Part shown: one piece after another, positions 19,501-27,767 of the stretch | Numbering within the stretch: position 1 is the first letter of the stretch | How the letters are laid out: the number at the start of each line of letters is the position of its first letter | Source: Bacilli bacterium | GTDB taxonomy: Bacteria > Bacillota_I > Bacilli_A > RFN20 > CAG-826 | Reading direction: 5' to 3' | DNA: 59,909 nucleotides | Assembly: GCA_016296775.1 (NCBI GenBank) | Contig: JAEDIE010000004.1 | Span: 1 to 59,909, forward strand | Position numbers and translations under genes: made by a program | Notes under the pieces: model-generated | The model's input: only the letters and a program-made list of their open reading frames with translations | Told to the model about the DNA's origin: nothing | Databases searched by the model: none

Positions 19501-19921
19501 ATTAGCTAATGTTGAAAAATTCACTGATTATCGTTCATATCTTGATTTCGATCTTATTGTTACTAATAAAGAAACAAATGAAGAACAAAGATTATCCAAG
19601 ATGATTAAAAAGAAATCAGGAGGAGAAACTCAAACTCCATTCTACATTGCAATTCTTGCTTCATTCTCTCAACTATATCATGCTAACGAAGAAGGAAATA
19701 TTGCCAATACTACAAGATTGATTATTTTTGATGAAGCTTTCTCAAAGATGGACCCAACAAGATTTAAAGAAGCTGTTAGACTTTTAAGAAAATTCAATCT
19801 TCAAGTTATATTAAGTGCCCCTAGTGATAAGGTCGGTAAGATCTCTGAATTAGTCGATGAGACTTTAGTTGTCTTACACGATAAAAATAGAAGTTTTGTA
19901 AAACTATTTGCTAAAGAATAA
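16550..19921 (+). CDS. JetC/MksB-like SMC-family ATPase
   Basis: 1123 aa. N-terminal INWHYF...LTGANASGKSTLIDALQIVLLGD (Walker A at 16637-16663). Long E/K/L-rich coiled-coil arms. Central hinge-like WSNAIEGYLSGQKFNLFV. Signature SGGETQ (19616-19633) and Walker B LIIFDE (19718-19735). Confidence 0.8.
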   Translation: MKLLTKVKIINWHYFWDETIEVKPLVFLTGANASGKSTLIDALQIVLLGDTTGRYFNKAAMDKSARTLRGYLRGEIGDTIDGGFKYLRNGRFTSYIALEFHNDVDNSDFVMGIVFDSFEDGTEEHRYFCLDDKIPENEFIMNRIPMEYKTLSKYFSEFYKEKYKFFDSNRSYQDFLKKKFGGLKDKYFSLLKKATSFNPITDITTFITEYVCDPQANINLDVLQENILEYKRLEEEAKAIESRVMDLEEIEKTYQEYLKNKKNLTISQYIVERCDLERSKERLKAYQAQIDKNKERINQIDLELADFSENLATLNRKKVALIQDKASNSTQKLTEELYRTKQETEAEIKNVEAIEQKLVSSLNIVLTLYINASKGIIDNLSAFDVESVEEDKAEEIIALIEESKKTYAYVIDFKSKYIKDLNLISKELLEELKKVMVSFKQKVSSLAITLARTISNIDKKIRALKDEELNMKQGQKPYASVLVRIKNELEKMLEEKYGKHIEVNIFADLIDIKDMSWSNAIEGYLSGQKFNLFVAPKYYIDAYNFLKKLLSMYQFYGTALVDQERIIEKDYKCEYNSLAEEIVTDDEGARAYCNFLIGRLYKANNVVEARNYGNGITKECDLYRNYVLTRINPRLYQESFIGRALNDRFFIEKSNQLKNNIANASLYRKLSELITEANNLEVLSSGDIESILKDINKLNSIDGLKATLKYVNDELSTHDTTLLESLDRRIKDVEEDIASIEKDRETSLLEKGQLNNEIQTIIDEKIANEKANIKTIEDNLNSKYDPFLVNDEALPILNKQFEEKKTILEIYQSFSVSSSRLLYTVNSIFSQLTRLRRDYVSKYHLTYQVEALTNEEFENELSDFKEVKLPSYKEKIEDSYHKATQQFKDDFIFKLRGAIEDAQDQIENLNVALKQSLFGKDLYRFTVKPNQQYRRFYDMLMDDLILNIEKDESVFVEKYKDTMNELFQQIVDDGNSDAKKSNELLANVEKFTDYRSYLDFDLIVTNKETNEEQRLSKMIKKKSGGETQTPFYIAILASFSQLYHANEEGNIANTTRLIIFDEAFSKMDPTRFKEAVRLLRKFNLQVILSAPSDKVGKISELVDETLVVLHDKNRSFVKLFAKE

Positions 19922-19932
19922 AGGAGAAAATT

Positions 19933-21063
19933 ATGTCTAGGAAAGTGGTAGCAATGATTTTAGCAGGTGGAAAAGGAACTCGTCTTCAAGCATTAACGAA
20001 GAAAGTTGCTAAACCTGCCGTCTATTTTGGAGGAAAATATCGTATTATTGACTTCTGCCTTTCAAATGTTGCTAATAGTTCAATTGATTGTGTTGGCGTT
20101 TTAACCCAATATGAATCAGTTGTCTTAAATAGCTACGTTAGTAATGGTGAGATTTGGGGATTTGATGGAGTTAACAATAAATGTGTTGCTCTTCCACCTC
20201 GTCAAACTGAAGAAGGTGCTAACTGGTACGATGGAACTGCTGATGCTATCTATAAAAATATAGATTTCCTTGATGGAGAAGATCCTGAATATGTTCTCAT
20301 TTTAAGCGGAGACCATATTTATAAAACAACATATAAAGAGATGTTAAATACTCATATTAAAGCTAAAGCTGATTGTACAATTTCAGTTTTAGAAGTTCCT
20401 TATGAAGAAGCTTCTCGTTTTGGTATTTTAGAAGTTGATAATGTCGATAATATCACTAAATTTGTTGAAAAACCTAAAGAACCAAAGAGCAATTTAGCTT
20501 CCATGGGTGTATATATTTTCACTTATAAATCATTAAGAAAAGCTTTAATTGAAGATCATAAAGATCCAAAGAGTGAACATGATTTTGGTAAAAATATTAT
20601 CCCTTATTTATTAAAACAAAAGAAAAAATTGATCGCATATCGCTTTAAAGGATATTGGAAGGATGTTGGAACATTAAGTTCACTTCATGAAGCAAACATG
20701 GAGTTACTTCCTTCAAGAAGAACAAAAGATACAATTATATTTAATACTTTCCCACAGGTTTTTTCTCAAGATACAAAATCACATCCTCAATTTATTGGTA
20801 AAAATGCCACTGTTGAAGATTGTTTAATTAACCAAGGAGCTTTAATATTTGGCTCAGTTAAGGGAAGCGTTATTTCAAACGAAGTCACTATTGAAAGTGG
20901 AGCAGTCGTTGAAAATAGCGTCCTTATGCCTGGAGTTGTTGTTAAGAAAAATGCTGTTGTTAAAAATGCAATTATTGGTCCTAATACCTATATTAATGAA
21001 AATGAAATTGTTAATACTGGAGAGGAAATTATTCTTATCGATAAGGAAAGGGGATTACAATAA
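19933..21063 (+). CDS. glgC: Glucose-1-phosphate adenylyltransferase
   Basis: ILAGGKGTRL nucleotide-binding motif, FGGKYRIIDF, C-terminal left-handed beta-helix repeats. SD AAGGAG. Confidence 0.95.
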   Translation: MSRKVVAMILAGGKGTRLQALTKKVAKPAVYFGGKYRIIDFCLSNVANSSIDCVGVLTQYESVVLNSYVSNGEIWGFDGVNNKCVALPPRQTEEGANWYDGTADAIYKNIDFLDGEDPEYVLILSGDHIYKTTYKEMLNTHIKAKADCTISVLEVPYEEASRFGILEVDNVDNITKFVEKPKEPKSNLASMGVYIFTYKSLRKALIEDHKDPKSEHDFGKNIIPYLLKQKKKLIAYRFKGYWKDVGTLSSLHEANMELLPSRRTKDTIIFNTFPQVFSQDTKSHPQFIGKNATVEDCLINQGALIFGSVKGSVISNEVTIESGAVVENSVLMPGVVVKKNAVVKNAIIGPNTYINENEIVNTGEEIILIDKERGLQ

Positions 21064-22178
21064 TGTTACATAAAGTTTTAGCTTTAATTGATTTACATAA
21101 TTCTAGTAATTTAGGTTTATTAACTGAAAATAGAATTGAAGCCGTTACAACATTTTTAGGAAGATACACTTTTATCGATTTCATGCTTTCTAATTGTACT
21201 AACTCTGAAATTGATAATATTGCTGTTTTGTGTAAAGAAAAATCAAGAAGTGTTGCAAAACATATTTCTAGAGATTCAATTTATTTAAAAAATAGTAAAA
21301 CTGGATTCTTAAAAGTTTTAAATAGTGAAAATGGTATTTCTAACCCATTATTTAATACAGATGTTAATAATATTAAAGAAAATGATTATATTCTTTACGA
21401 TAACGATTCTGAATTTGTTATTGTTGCTCCAGTTCATTTCATTTTAAATGTTGATTTTAATGAAATTATTGAAAAACATATTGAAAGCAATTGTTTATGT
21501 AGTGTTGTTTATAAAGTTAGCGATGATAGCGAGATGTTCTCTAACTGTGAAAAACTTACAATTGATGCTATTGGAAATGTTCAAAAATTTGAACAAATTA
21601 CTAGAGAAGATAAAACTAAGTTTAATGTTAATTTAGGAATTTATGTATTTAATAGAGATTTCTTCAATAGATTAATTCAAGAAGGATATAAGATTAGTGA
21701 AATTTATACTATTGATGACTTAGTTAAATATCATGCTAAATATAAGATTAATGTTAATACTATTGAATTTAAAAAAGATGTATATTGCTTTAATTCACTT
21801 GATAAATATTTTAAATATTCGATGGAAATTTTAGATAATCCAACCGGATTCTTAAATTATGATGATGCTTTGATTTATACAACTACTCATAACTCCAGAC
21901 CTGTCTTATATGGAAGTAAATCATATGTTCGTTCTTCATTAATTGCTAATGGATCAACTATTAACGGAACAGTTAAACACTCAATTTTAGCTCGTGATAT
22001 CACCATTGAAGAAGGAGCAAGTGTTGAAAATTGTATATTATTTAGCCATACAGTTGTTAAAAGTGGTGTACATTTAAAAAATGTTGTTTGTAATAAGCGT
22101 GTAGTTTTTAAAAATCCTCAAAGTTTAGAAGGTTCATTAGAAACTCCACTATATATTAAAGAAGGGAGTATTATTTAA
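21063..22178 (+). CDS. glgD: Glucose-1-phosphate adenylyltransferase regulatory subunit GlgD
   Basis: GlgC paralog lacking the GGxGxRL motif. It sits in the Firmicutes glgC-glgD-glgA order and has a TAATG overlap with glgC. Confidence 0.85.
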   Translation: MLHKVLALIDLHNSSNLGLLTENRIEAVTTFLGRYTFIDFMLSNCTNSEIDNIAVLCKEKSRSVAKHISRDSIYLKNSKTGFLKVLNSENGISNPLFNTDVNNIKENDYILYDNDSEFVIVAPVHFILNVDFNEIIEKHIESNCLCSVVYKVSDDSEMFSNCEKLTIDAIGNVQKFEQITREDKTKFNVNLGIYVFNRDFFNRLIQEGYKISEIYTIDDLVKYHAKYKINVNTIEFKKDVYCFNSLDKYFKYSMEILDNPTGFLNYDDALIYTTTHNSRPVLYGSKSYVRSSLIANGSTINGTVKHSILARDITIEEGASVENCILFSHTVVKSGVHLKNVVCNKRVVFKNPQSLEGSLETPLYIKEGSII

Positions 22179-23629
22179 TGAACATATTAATGGCAAGTAG
22201 TGAATCCTTACCATTTTCAAAAACGGGGGGTCTAGCTGATGTAATTTTCTCATTAAGCAAAGAATATGTAAAATTACATCACAATGTTTCGATTGTTTTA
22301 CCAAAATATAAAACAAATAAAGTAATAAAAGGATTAAAGTTAACTAAGATTTTTCAGCTTGATGTTAAGATGAATTGGAGAACTATTCCTACAGCTGTTT
22401 ATCATTGTTACTATTTAGGAATTGATTTTTATTTCATCGAAAATCAAAAGTACTTTGAAAGAGATAGTTTATATGGATTTTATGATGATGGAGAAAGATT
22501 TGCATATTTTACAAATGCAACAGTAAAATTAATTAGTTCTTTACCATATAAAATTGATGTAGTTCATATTCATGATCATCAGGTTGGTTTACTTCCTTGT
22601 GTTGTCAAAACTTTACATAGTGAAGAAGAAATCTTTAATGATATGAAGTTTGTTTTAACAATTCATAATCCTGAATTTAAAGGATATTTTAGTAAAGATT
22701 CTTTATTTGATTTATATAATCTTCCTATTAGTTTATTTGATGAAGGAAAAATTAGACTTGATGGACAAGTTTCTACTTTAAAAGCTGGAATTGTCTTTGC
22801 AGATAAAATTACAACTGTTTCACCTACACATGCTAAAGAGTTATTAACATATGAAGGTAGTAAAGGATTAAATTTTGATTTAAATTTAAGGAAAAATGAC
22901 TTTGTTGGAATCTTAAATGGAATGGATAATGATTTCTTTAATCCTAAAAAAGATGAATATATCTTTAAAAACTATGGAATTAAAGATGTTTTTAATGGTA
23001 AGAAAGAAAATAAAATTGAATTTTGCAAAAAATATAATTTAGATCCAACATTGCCTTTATTTGTTGTTGTTTCTAGATTATCAAGTCAAAAAGGAATTGA
23101 TTTACTTTATCCAATGATTGAATTTTTATCATATACTGGATCTAATGTAGCAATTGTTGGAAGTGGAGAAAAATCAATTGAAGATAGATTCTTAGAATTG
23201 AGTAGAGTTAATTCAAAACATATCTTTATATATATTGGATATAATGAAGAATTGGCTCATAAAGTATATGCAAGTAGCGATTTCTTGCTTATGCCTTCAA
23301 GTTTTGAACCATGTGGATTATCTCAAATGATAGCTCAAAAATATGGCTCACTTCCTGTTGTTAGAAGAACTGGTGGATTAGCTGATACTGTTGATTGTTT
23401 TGAAACTAGCGATGAAGAAAAGAAAGCTAAAGATATTACTAAAAATGGATTTGGTTTTTCTTCATATAGCATAAGTGAAGCAATTGTAACTGCTGCTAAA
23501 GCTATGAATATTTATAGTGGAAAGAAAGAAGTTTATAAGAAAATGGTTAAGAATGCTATGAAGCTTAATCATACACGGGATAATAGTGCAAAAAAATATA
23601 TTGCATTGTATGAATCTATTCAAAAATAA
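22178..23629 (+). CDS. glgA: Glycogen synthase (ADP-glucose type)
   Basis: N-terminal SESLPFSKTGGLADV (KTGGL motif), GT5 architecture, C-terminal EPCGLSQM...GGLADTV. Confidence 0.95.
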   Translation: MNILMASSESLPFSKTGGLADVIFSLSKEYVKLHHNVSIVLPKYKTNKVIKGLKLTKIFQLDVKMNWRTIPTAVYHCYYLGIDFYFIENQKYFERDSLYGFYDDGERFAYFTNATVKLISSLPYKIDVVHIHDHQVGLLPCVVKTLHSEEEIFNDMKFVLTIHNPEFKGYFSKDSLFDLYNLPISLFDEGKIRLDGQVSTLKAGIVFADKITTVSPTHAKELLTYEGSKGLNFDLNLRKNDFVGILNGMDNDFFNPKKDEYIFKNYGIKDVFNGKKENKIEFCKKYNLDPTLPLFVVVSRLSSQKGIDLLYPMIEFLSYTGSNVAIVGSGEKSIEDRFLELSRVNSKHIFIYIGYNEELAHKVYASSDFLLMPSSFEPCGLSQMIAQKYGSLPVVRRTGGLADTVDCFETSDEEKKAKDITKNGFGFSSYSISEAIVTAAKAMNIYSGKKEVYKKMVKNAMKLNHTRDNSAKKYIALYESIQK

Positions 23630-23667
23630 TTATATTTTTAATTTATAAATTAAATGATATAATTTTG

Positions 23668-23860
23668 TTGCGTTGAGAAGAACAAGTAGTTATTGTTTGA
23701 ATCTTGTAGGGAGAAGAGAATAGTGAGACCTCTTTAGATAGAACAATAATGAATTCACCTTTGAGCAAAACGTTATACTGGCGTTAAGAGTAAAATTAAG
23801 TGCGAAAGAATTAGGATGGTACCGCGGGTTAATCTCGTTCCTTGTCTAATTCTTTTTTTA
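23668..23860 (+). promoter_or_regulatory. T-box riboswitch leader (Phe specifier) controlling pheST
   Basis: Stem I start GTTGCGTTGAGAAGAA, AGAGA/GTGA elements, candidate specifier UUC followed by A (23754-23757), T-box core GGATGGTACCGCG (23814-23826). Terminator arms AGAATTAG / CTAATTCT are followed by a T-run ending near 23859. Confidence 0.85.
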
Positions 23861-23877
23861 TTATTAAGGAGTCAATT

Positions 23878-24921
23878 ATGGAAGAATATCTTGTTGAATT
23901 TAAACAAATTGAAGAAGAAGCATTAAAAGATATTGAAAACGTTAAAACTTTAGAAGATGTTGATCAAAACTTTATTAAATATTTATCTAAAAAAGGAAAA
24001 GTATCTCTTTTAATGAATAAAATTAGAGAAGTTCAAGATAAAAAGAAATTTGGTGAAGCTTATAATGAATTAAGAAAAACTGTTGAAAATAAATTAAATG
24101 AATTAAAAGCTAAATTAGAAAAAGAAAAATTAGATGAAGAACTAAAAAAAGAAATTATCGATATAACTTTACCTGGTAATCATTTAGTTTCTACTAACGT
24201 TAATCCTTTTTATAAAATAATTGAAGAAATCGAAAATATCTTTGTTAATATGGGATATACTGTTGAAAGTGGACCAGAAGTAGTAAAAGATAAATATAAT
24301 TTTGAATTAGTTAATATTCCTTTTGATCATCCAGCTCGTGATATGCAAGATTCTTTATTTATTGATGAAACAACCTTATTAAGAACTCATACTAGTGCTA
24401 TTCAAGCTATGGTTATGGAAAAAAGTAATGGAAAACCTATTAAAATTATTTGTCCAGGAAAAGTTTATAGAAGAGATGATGATGATATGACTCATTCACA
24501 TCAATTTGGTCAAATTGAAGGTTTAGTTATTGATAAAAATATTAAGTTAAGTGACTTAAAAGGAACATTAGAATTATTTGCTAAATCAATGTTTAGCAAA
24601 GATTCTAAGGTAAGATTTAGATCTTCGTTCTTCCCATTTACAGAACCAAGTGTTGAAGTTGATATTTCTTGTTTTAAATGTAAAGGTAAGGGATGCCCAA
24701 CATGTAAAGGAACTGGATGGATTGAAATTTTAGGTGCGGGAATGGTACATCCAAATGTTTTAAAGTTGAACGGATATGATCCAGAAGTTTATAGTGGATT
24801 TGCTTTTGGTGTAGGTATTGAACGTGTTGCTATGCTTAGATATGGTATAGATGATATTAGAAGATTTTATAGCAACGATATTAAAGTTATTGATGAATTT
24901 AATAAGAAAGTTGAGGATTAA
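23878..24921 (+). CDS. pheS: Phenylalanine--tRNA ligase alpha subunit
   Basis: Start at ATG 23878 after AAGGAG; the track start at 23842 lies inside the T-box terminator. Class II motifs FPFTEPS and GFAFGVGIERVAM. Confidence 0.95.
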   Translation: MEEYLVEFKQIEEEALKDIENVKTLEDVDQNFIKYLSKKGKVSLLMNKIREVQDKKKFGEAYNELRKTVENKLNELKAKLEKEKLDEELKKEIIDITLPGNHLVSTNVNPFYKIIEEIENIFVNMGYTVESGPEVVKDKYNFELVNIPFDHPARDMQDSLFIDETTLLRTHTSAIQAMVMEKSNGKPIKIICPGKVYRRDDDDMTHSHQFGQIEGLVIDKNIKLSDLKGTLELFAKSMFSKDSKVRFRSSFFPFTEPSVEVDISCFKCKGKGCPTCKGTGWIEILGAGMVHPNVLKLNGYDPEVYSGFAFGVGIERVAMLRYGIDDIRRFYSNDIKVIDEFNKKVED

Positions 24922-24924
24922 TTT

Positions 24925-27300
24925 ATGTTAGTTAGTCTTAATGAAATTAGTAAATATGTTGATTTAAATGGTTTAAGTAAAGAAGAAATTGCTTCTAGAT
25001 TAACTTTTTCTGGTATAGAAGTTGAAGAAATTAAAACTTTAAGTTCAGCTACAAATTTAGTAGTTGGTAAAGTTATTAGCTGTGTTAATCATCCAAATAG
25101 CGACCATCTCCATGTATGTAAAGTTGATGTTAAAGATGAAATTTTAGATATCGTTTGTGGAGCTCCTAATTGTAAAGAAGGAATAAAAGTAATTGTTGCT
25201 AAAGTTGGTGCTAAATTACCAAATGGAGAAATTAAAGCTGGAGAAATTAGAGGCTGCAAGAGCAATGGTATGCTTTGTGCTCTTAATGAACTTGGCGTTG
25301 ATCCTAAATATTTAAAAGAAGAACAAATTAAAGGTATTGAAATTTTAAGTGATGAATTTGAAGTTGGAGATACAGATATCTTACATAAGTTAGGATTGGA
25401 TGATGCTATTTTAGACTTAAGTTTGCTCGCTAATAGAAGTGATTGTTACTCTTTATTTAATGTTAGTAGGGAATTAGGAGCATTATTTAATAGAAACGTT
25501 AACATTTTAGAAGCTAAAGATGATTCTACATATGTTGATAATGATTTTAAAGTAGGAAGTTTAACTCCAAATTGTAAAGAATTTAGCGTAAAAATTGTTA
25601 AAGGTATAGAGGTTAAAGATTCCCCATCTTGGCTTAAAAATTGTTTAAGAAGTGAAGGAATTAGATCAATTAATAATATAGTCGATTTAGGAAATTACAT
25701 TATGTTATTAACTGGTCAACCAATTCATATGTATGACTATGATAAATTAACTAAAAAAGAGTTAATTGTTAGAGATGATATAAAAGAAAAATTTGTAGCT
25801 TTAGATGAAAAAGAATATCAAATTAATGAGTTAGATCTTTGTGTTACTAGTTCTTCAAAGACAATGTGTTTAGGCGGAATTATGGGTGGATTAGATAGTG
25901 AAGTTACATCTTCCACTAAAAATATTGTTATTGAAGTAGCAAATTTCAATCATGCAAGTATTAGAAAAACATCTTCAAGACTTGGTTTAATTAGTGATTC
26001 AAGCCAAAGATTTGTTAAAGGAATTAATAAAGATCAAGTTGATTATGTTTTAAATTTAACTACAAATTTATTAAAAACCCTATCAAATGTCGACTCAATT
26101 TCAAATATTATTAAATATGATGAGTTGAATCACGATATAAAAGTTATCTCTTGTAGTGTAGATTACATCAATAATAGATTAGGTACTAATTTTGAATTTA
26201 GTAAAGTTAAAGAAGTTTTAGAATTACTTTATTTTAAATTTATTGAAAGTGATGGAAACAATTTTAAAGTTGAAGTTCCTAATTTTAGAATTGATGTCGA
26301 AGGTAAAGCTGATTTAAGTGAAGAAATTTTTAGATATATTGGATTAGATACAATTCAACCAACACTTCCATTTATGGAAACAACAGTTGGAGGAAAATCT
26401 AAAGATGAACAAAAACAAGATGTTATTTGCTCATTCCTTTCAAATAATGGACTTTATAGAGTATTAACTTACACATTAGTTAATCAAAAAATGAGTGAAT
26501 CATTTAAGATTTTAAATAAATCAGAAGGTTATGTAATTAAGAATCCATTAACTGAAGATCATAAATATGTTAGGACTAATCTTCTCCCTTCTTTAATTAA
26601 TTGTGCTATTTATAATCTTAATCATCAAAACAATAATTTTGGAATCTATGAAATTTCTAACATGGATTCTATTAATAAAAATGAAATTCATTTAGGTATC
26701 GTTTTAGTTGGTAAAAAGTATAAACAAGACAAAATAGTTGGGGAATCATATAGTTATTTTGATGTTAAAGGTATTGTTGATACTATTTTAGATATGTTTA
26801 ATATCTCTTCAACAAGAGTAAAATATACTCGTTTTGAAACTGATGAATTTCATCCAAATCGTAGTGCTTTAGTTTTATTAGATAATAAACCTCTTTGTGT
26901 AATGGGAGATATTTATCCAACAAAGAAAGAAACAAAAGAAGCGATGATTCTTTTAGAAATGAATTTAAGTTTATTATTTGCTACTAAATCTAAAAATATT
27001 AAATTTGAACCTATTTCAAATTATCCACAATCAAGTAGAGATTATGCTTTCTTAATTGATGATACAGTTAATTATATTGATATTAAAAATGAAGTTAAGA
27101 AATGTTCAAGTTTAATTAAAGAAGTAGGAGTATTTGATATTTATAAAGGCAAAAATATTCCAAGTAATCAAAAATCTATCGCTTTAACAGTTGTTTTTGA
27201 AAGTAATGATCATACTTTAAAAGAAAAAGAAATCGAAGAAGCTCATAATAAAATAGTGGAGACATTAAATAAGAAGTTTAATGTAAGTTTAAGATCATGA
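24925..27300 (+). CDS. pheT: Phenylalanine--tRNA ligase beta subunit
   Basis: 791 aa. N-terminal tRNA-binding (OB) domain, B3/4 and B5 regions, C-terminal FDX-ACB-like domain. Immediately follows pheS. Confidence 0.93.
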   Translation: MLVSLNEISKYVDLNGLSKEEIASRLTFSGIEVEEIKTLSSATNLVVGKVISCVNHPNSDHLHVCKVDVKDEILDIVCGAPNCKEGIKVIVAKVGAKLPNGEIKAGEIRGCKSNGMLCALNELGVDPKYLKEEQIKGIEILSDEFEVGDTDILHKLGLDDAILDLSLLANRSDCYSLFNVSRELGALFNRNVNILEAKDDSTYVDNDFKVGSLTPNCKEFSVKIVKGIEVKDSPSWLKNCLRSEGIRSINNIVDLGNYIMLLTGQPIHMYDYDKLTKKELIVRDDIKEKFVALDEKEYQINELDLCVTSSSKTMCLGGIMGGLDSEVTSSTKNIVIEVANFNHASIRKTSSRLGLISDSSQRFVKGINKDQVDYVLNLTTNLLKTLSNVDSISNIIKYDELNHDIKVISCSVDYINNRLGTNFEFSKVKEVLELLYFKFIESDGNNFKVEVPNFRIDVEGKADLSEEIFRYIGLDTIQPTLPFMETTVGGKSKDEQKQDVICSFLSNNGLYRVLTYTLVNQKMSESFKILNKSEGYVIKNPLTEDHKYVRTNLLPSLINCAIYNLNHQNNNFGIYEISNMDSINKNEIHLGIVLVGKKYKQDKIVGESYSYFDVKGIVDTILDMFNISSTRVKYTRFETDEFHPNRSALVLLDNKPLCVMGDIYPTKKETKEAMILLEMNLSLLFATKSKNIKFEPISNYPQSSRDYAFLIDDTVNYIDIKNEVKKCSSLIKEVGVFDIYKGKNIPSNQKSIALTVVFESNDHTLKEKEIEEAHNKIVETLNKKFNVSLRS

Positions 27301-27767
27301 AAATTTATTTAAATACTATTAAAGATAAAGAAAGTTATGAATTAAATGATGTTGATATTTTAAATGAGTTAGTATCATATTTTCAAATAAAGAAGTTTAA
27401 TACTATTGATGCTAAGTTTGTAATTACAAAAATGGATTCAATATTTGAATTTAATGTTGAGTTAGTTGCTAATATTGATGTTGTTTCTTCTTATACTTTA
27501 AAGGTTTTTCCTTATAATATGTCTATAAATGATACATTATTTTTTACAAATGAAAGTTCTTTTGAAAATGATGATGTAATTTATTTAGAAAATGATTATT
27601 TTGATGTAGAAAGCATCATCTATTCATTAATTGTTACATCTTTACCAATTAATATTCATCAAGAAAATGAAAAAATGGAATCTATTGATGGAGTAGATGT
27701 TTATTCAAGTGATGATGTAACTTACGATTCACCTTTTGATAAACTTAAAGATTTAGATTTAGATTGA
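27297..27767 (+). CDS. DUF177/YceD-like protein
   Basis: 156-aa acidic protein with the family pattern (...VIYLENDYFDVESIIYSLIVTSLPINIH...SPFDKLKDL C-terminus). The Cys pairs seen in many members are absent. Confidence 0.55.
   Translation: MKIYLNTIKDKESYELNDVDILNELVSYFQIKKFNTIDAKFVITKMDSIFEFNVELVANIDVVSSYTLKVFPYNMSINDTLFFTNESSFENDDVIYLENDYFDVESIIYSLIVTSLPINIHQENEKMESIDGVDVYSSDDVTYDSPFDKLKDLDLD

Noticed and set aside
19922-19932. I looked for a fourth Wadjet gene (JetD/MksG-like Toprim nuclease, about 400 aa) adjacent to the jetABC-like triplet on either strand.
   Set aside because: None exists. glgC starts 11 nt downstream and the upstream neighbour is a 154-aa two-TM protein. No unassigned ORF of suitable size lies within several kb.
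20849-21073. Short same-strand alternative-frame ORFs inside real genes: 20849-21073, 21448-21636, 32577-32867, 38243-38452, 39632-39826, 39938-40120, 41534-41731, 42371-42577, 42752-43000, 58771-58983, 59479-59685, 28441-28635, 28875-29078, 30358-30564.
   Set aside because: These are out-of-frame overlaps with strongly supported CDS. Their K/L/M-rich translations reflect AT-rich frame-shifted sequence and are not independent genes.
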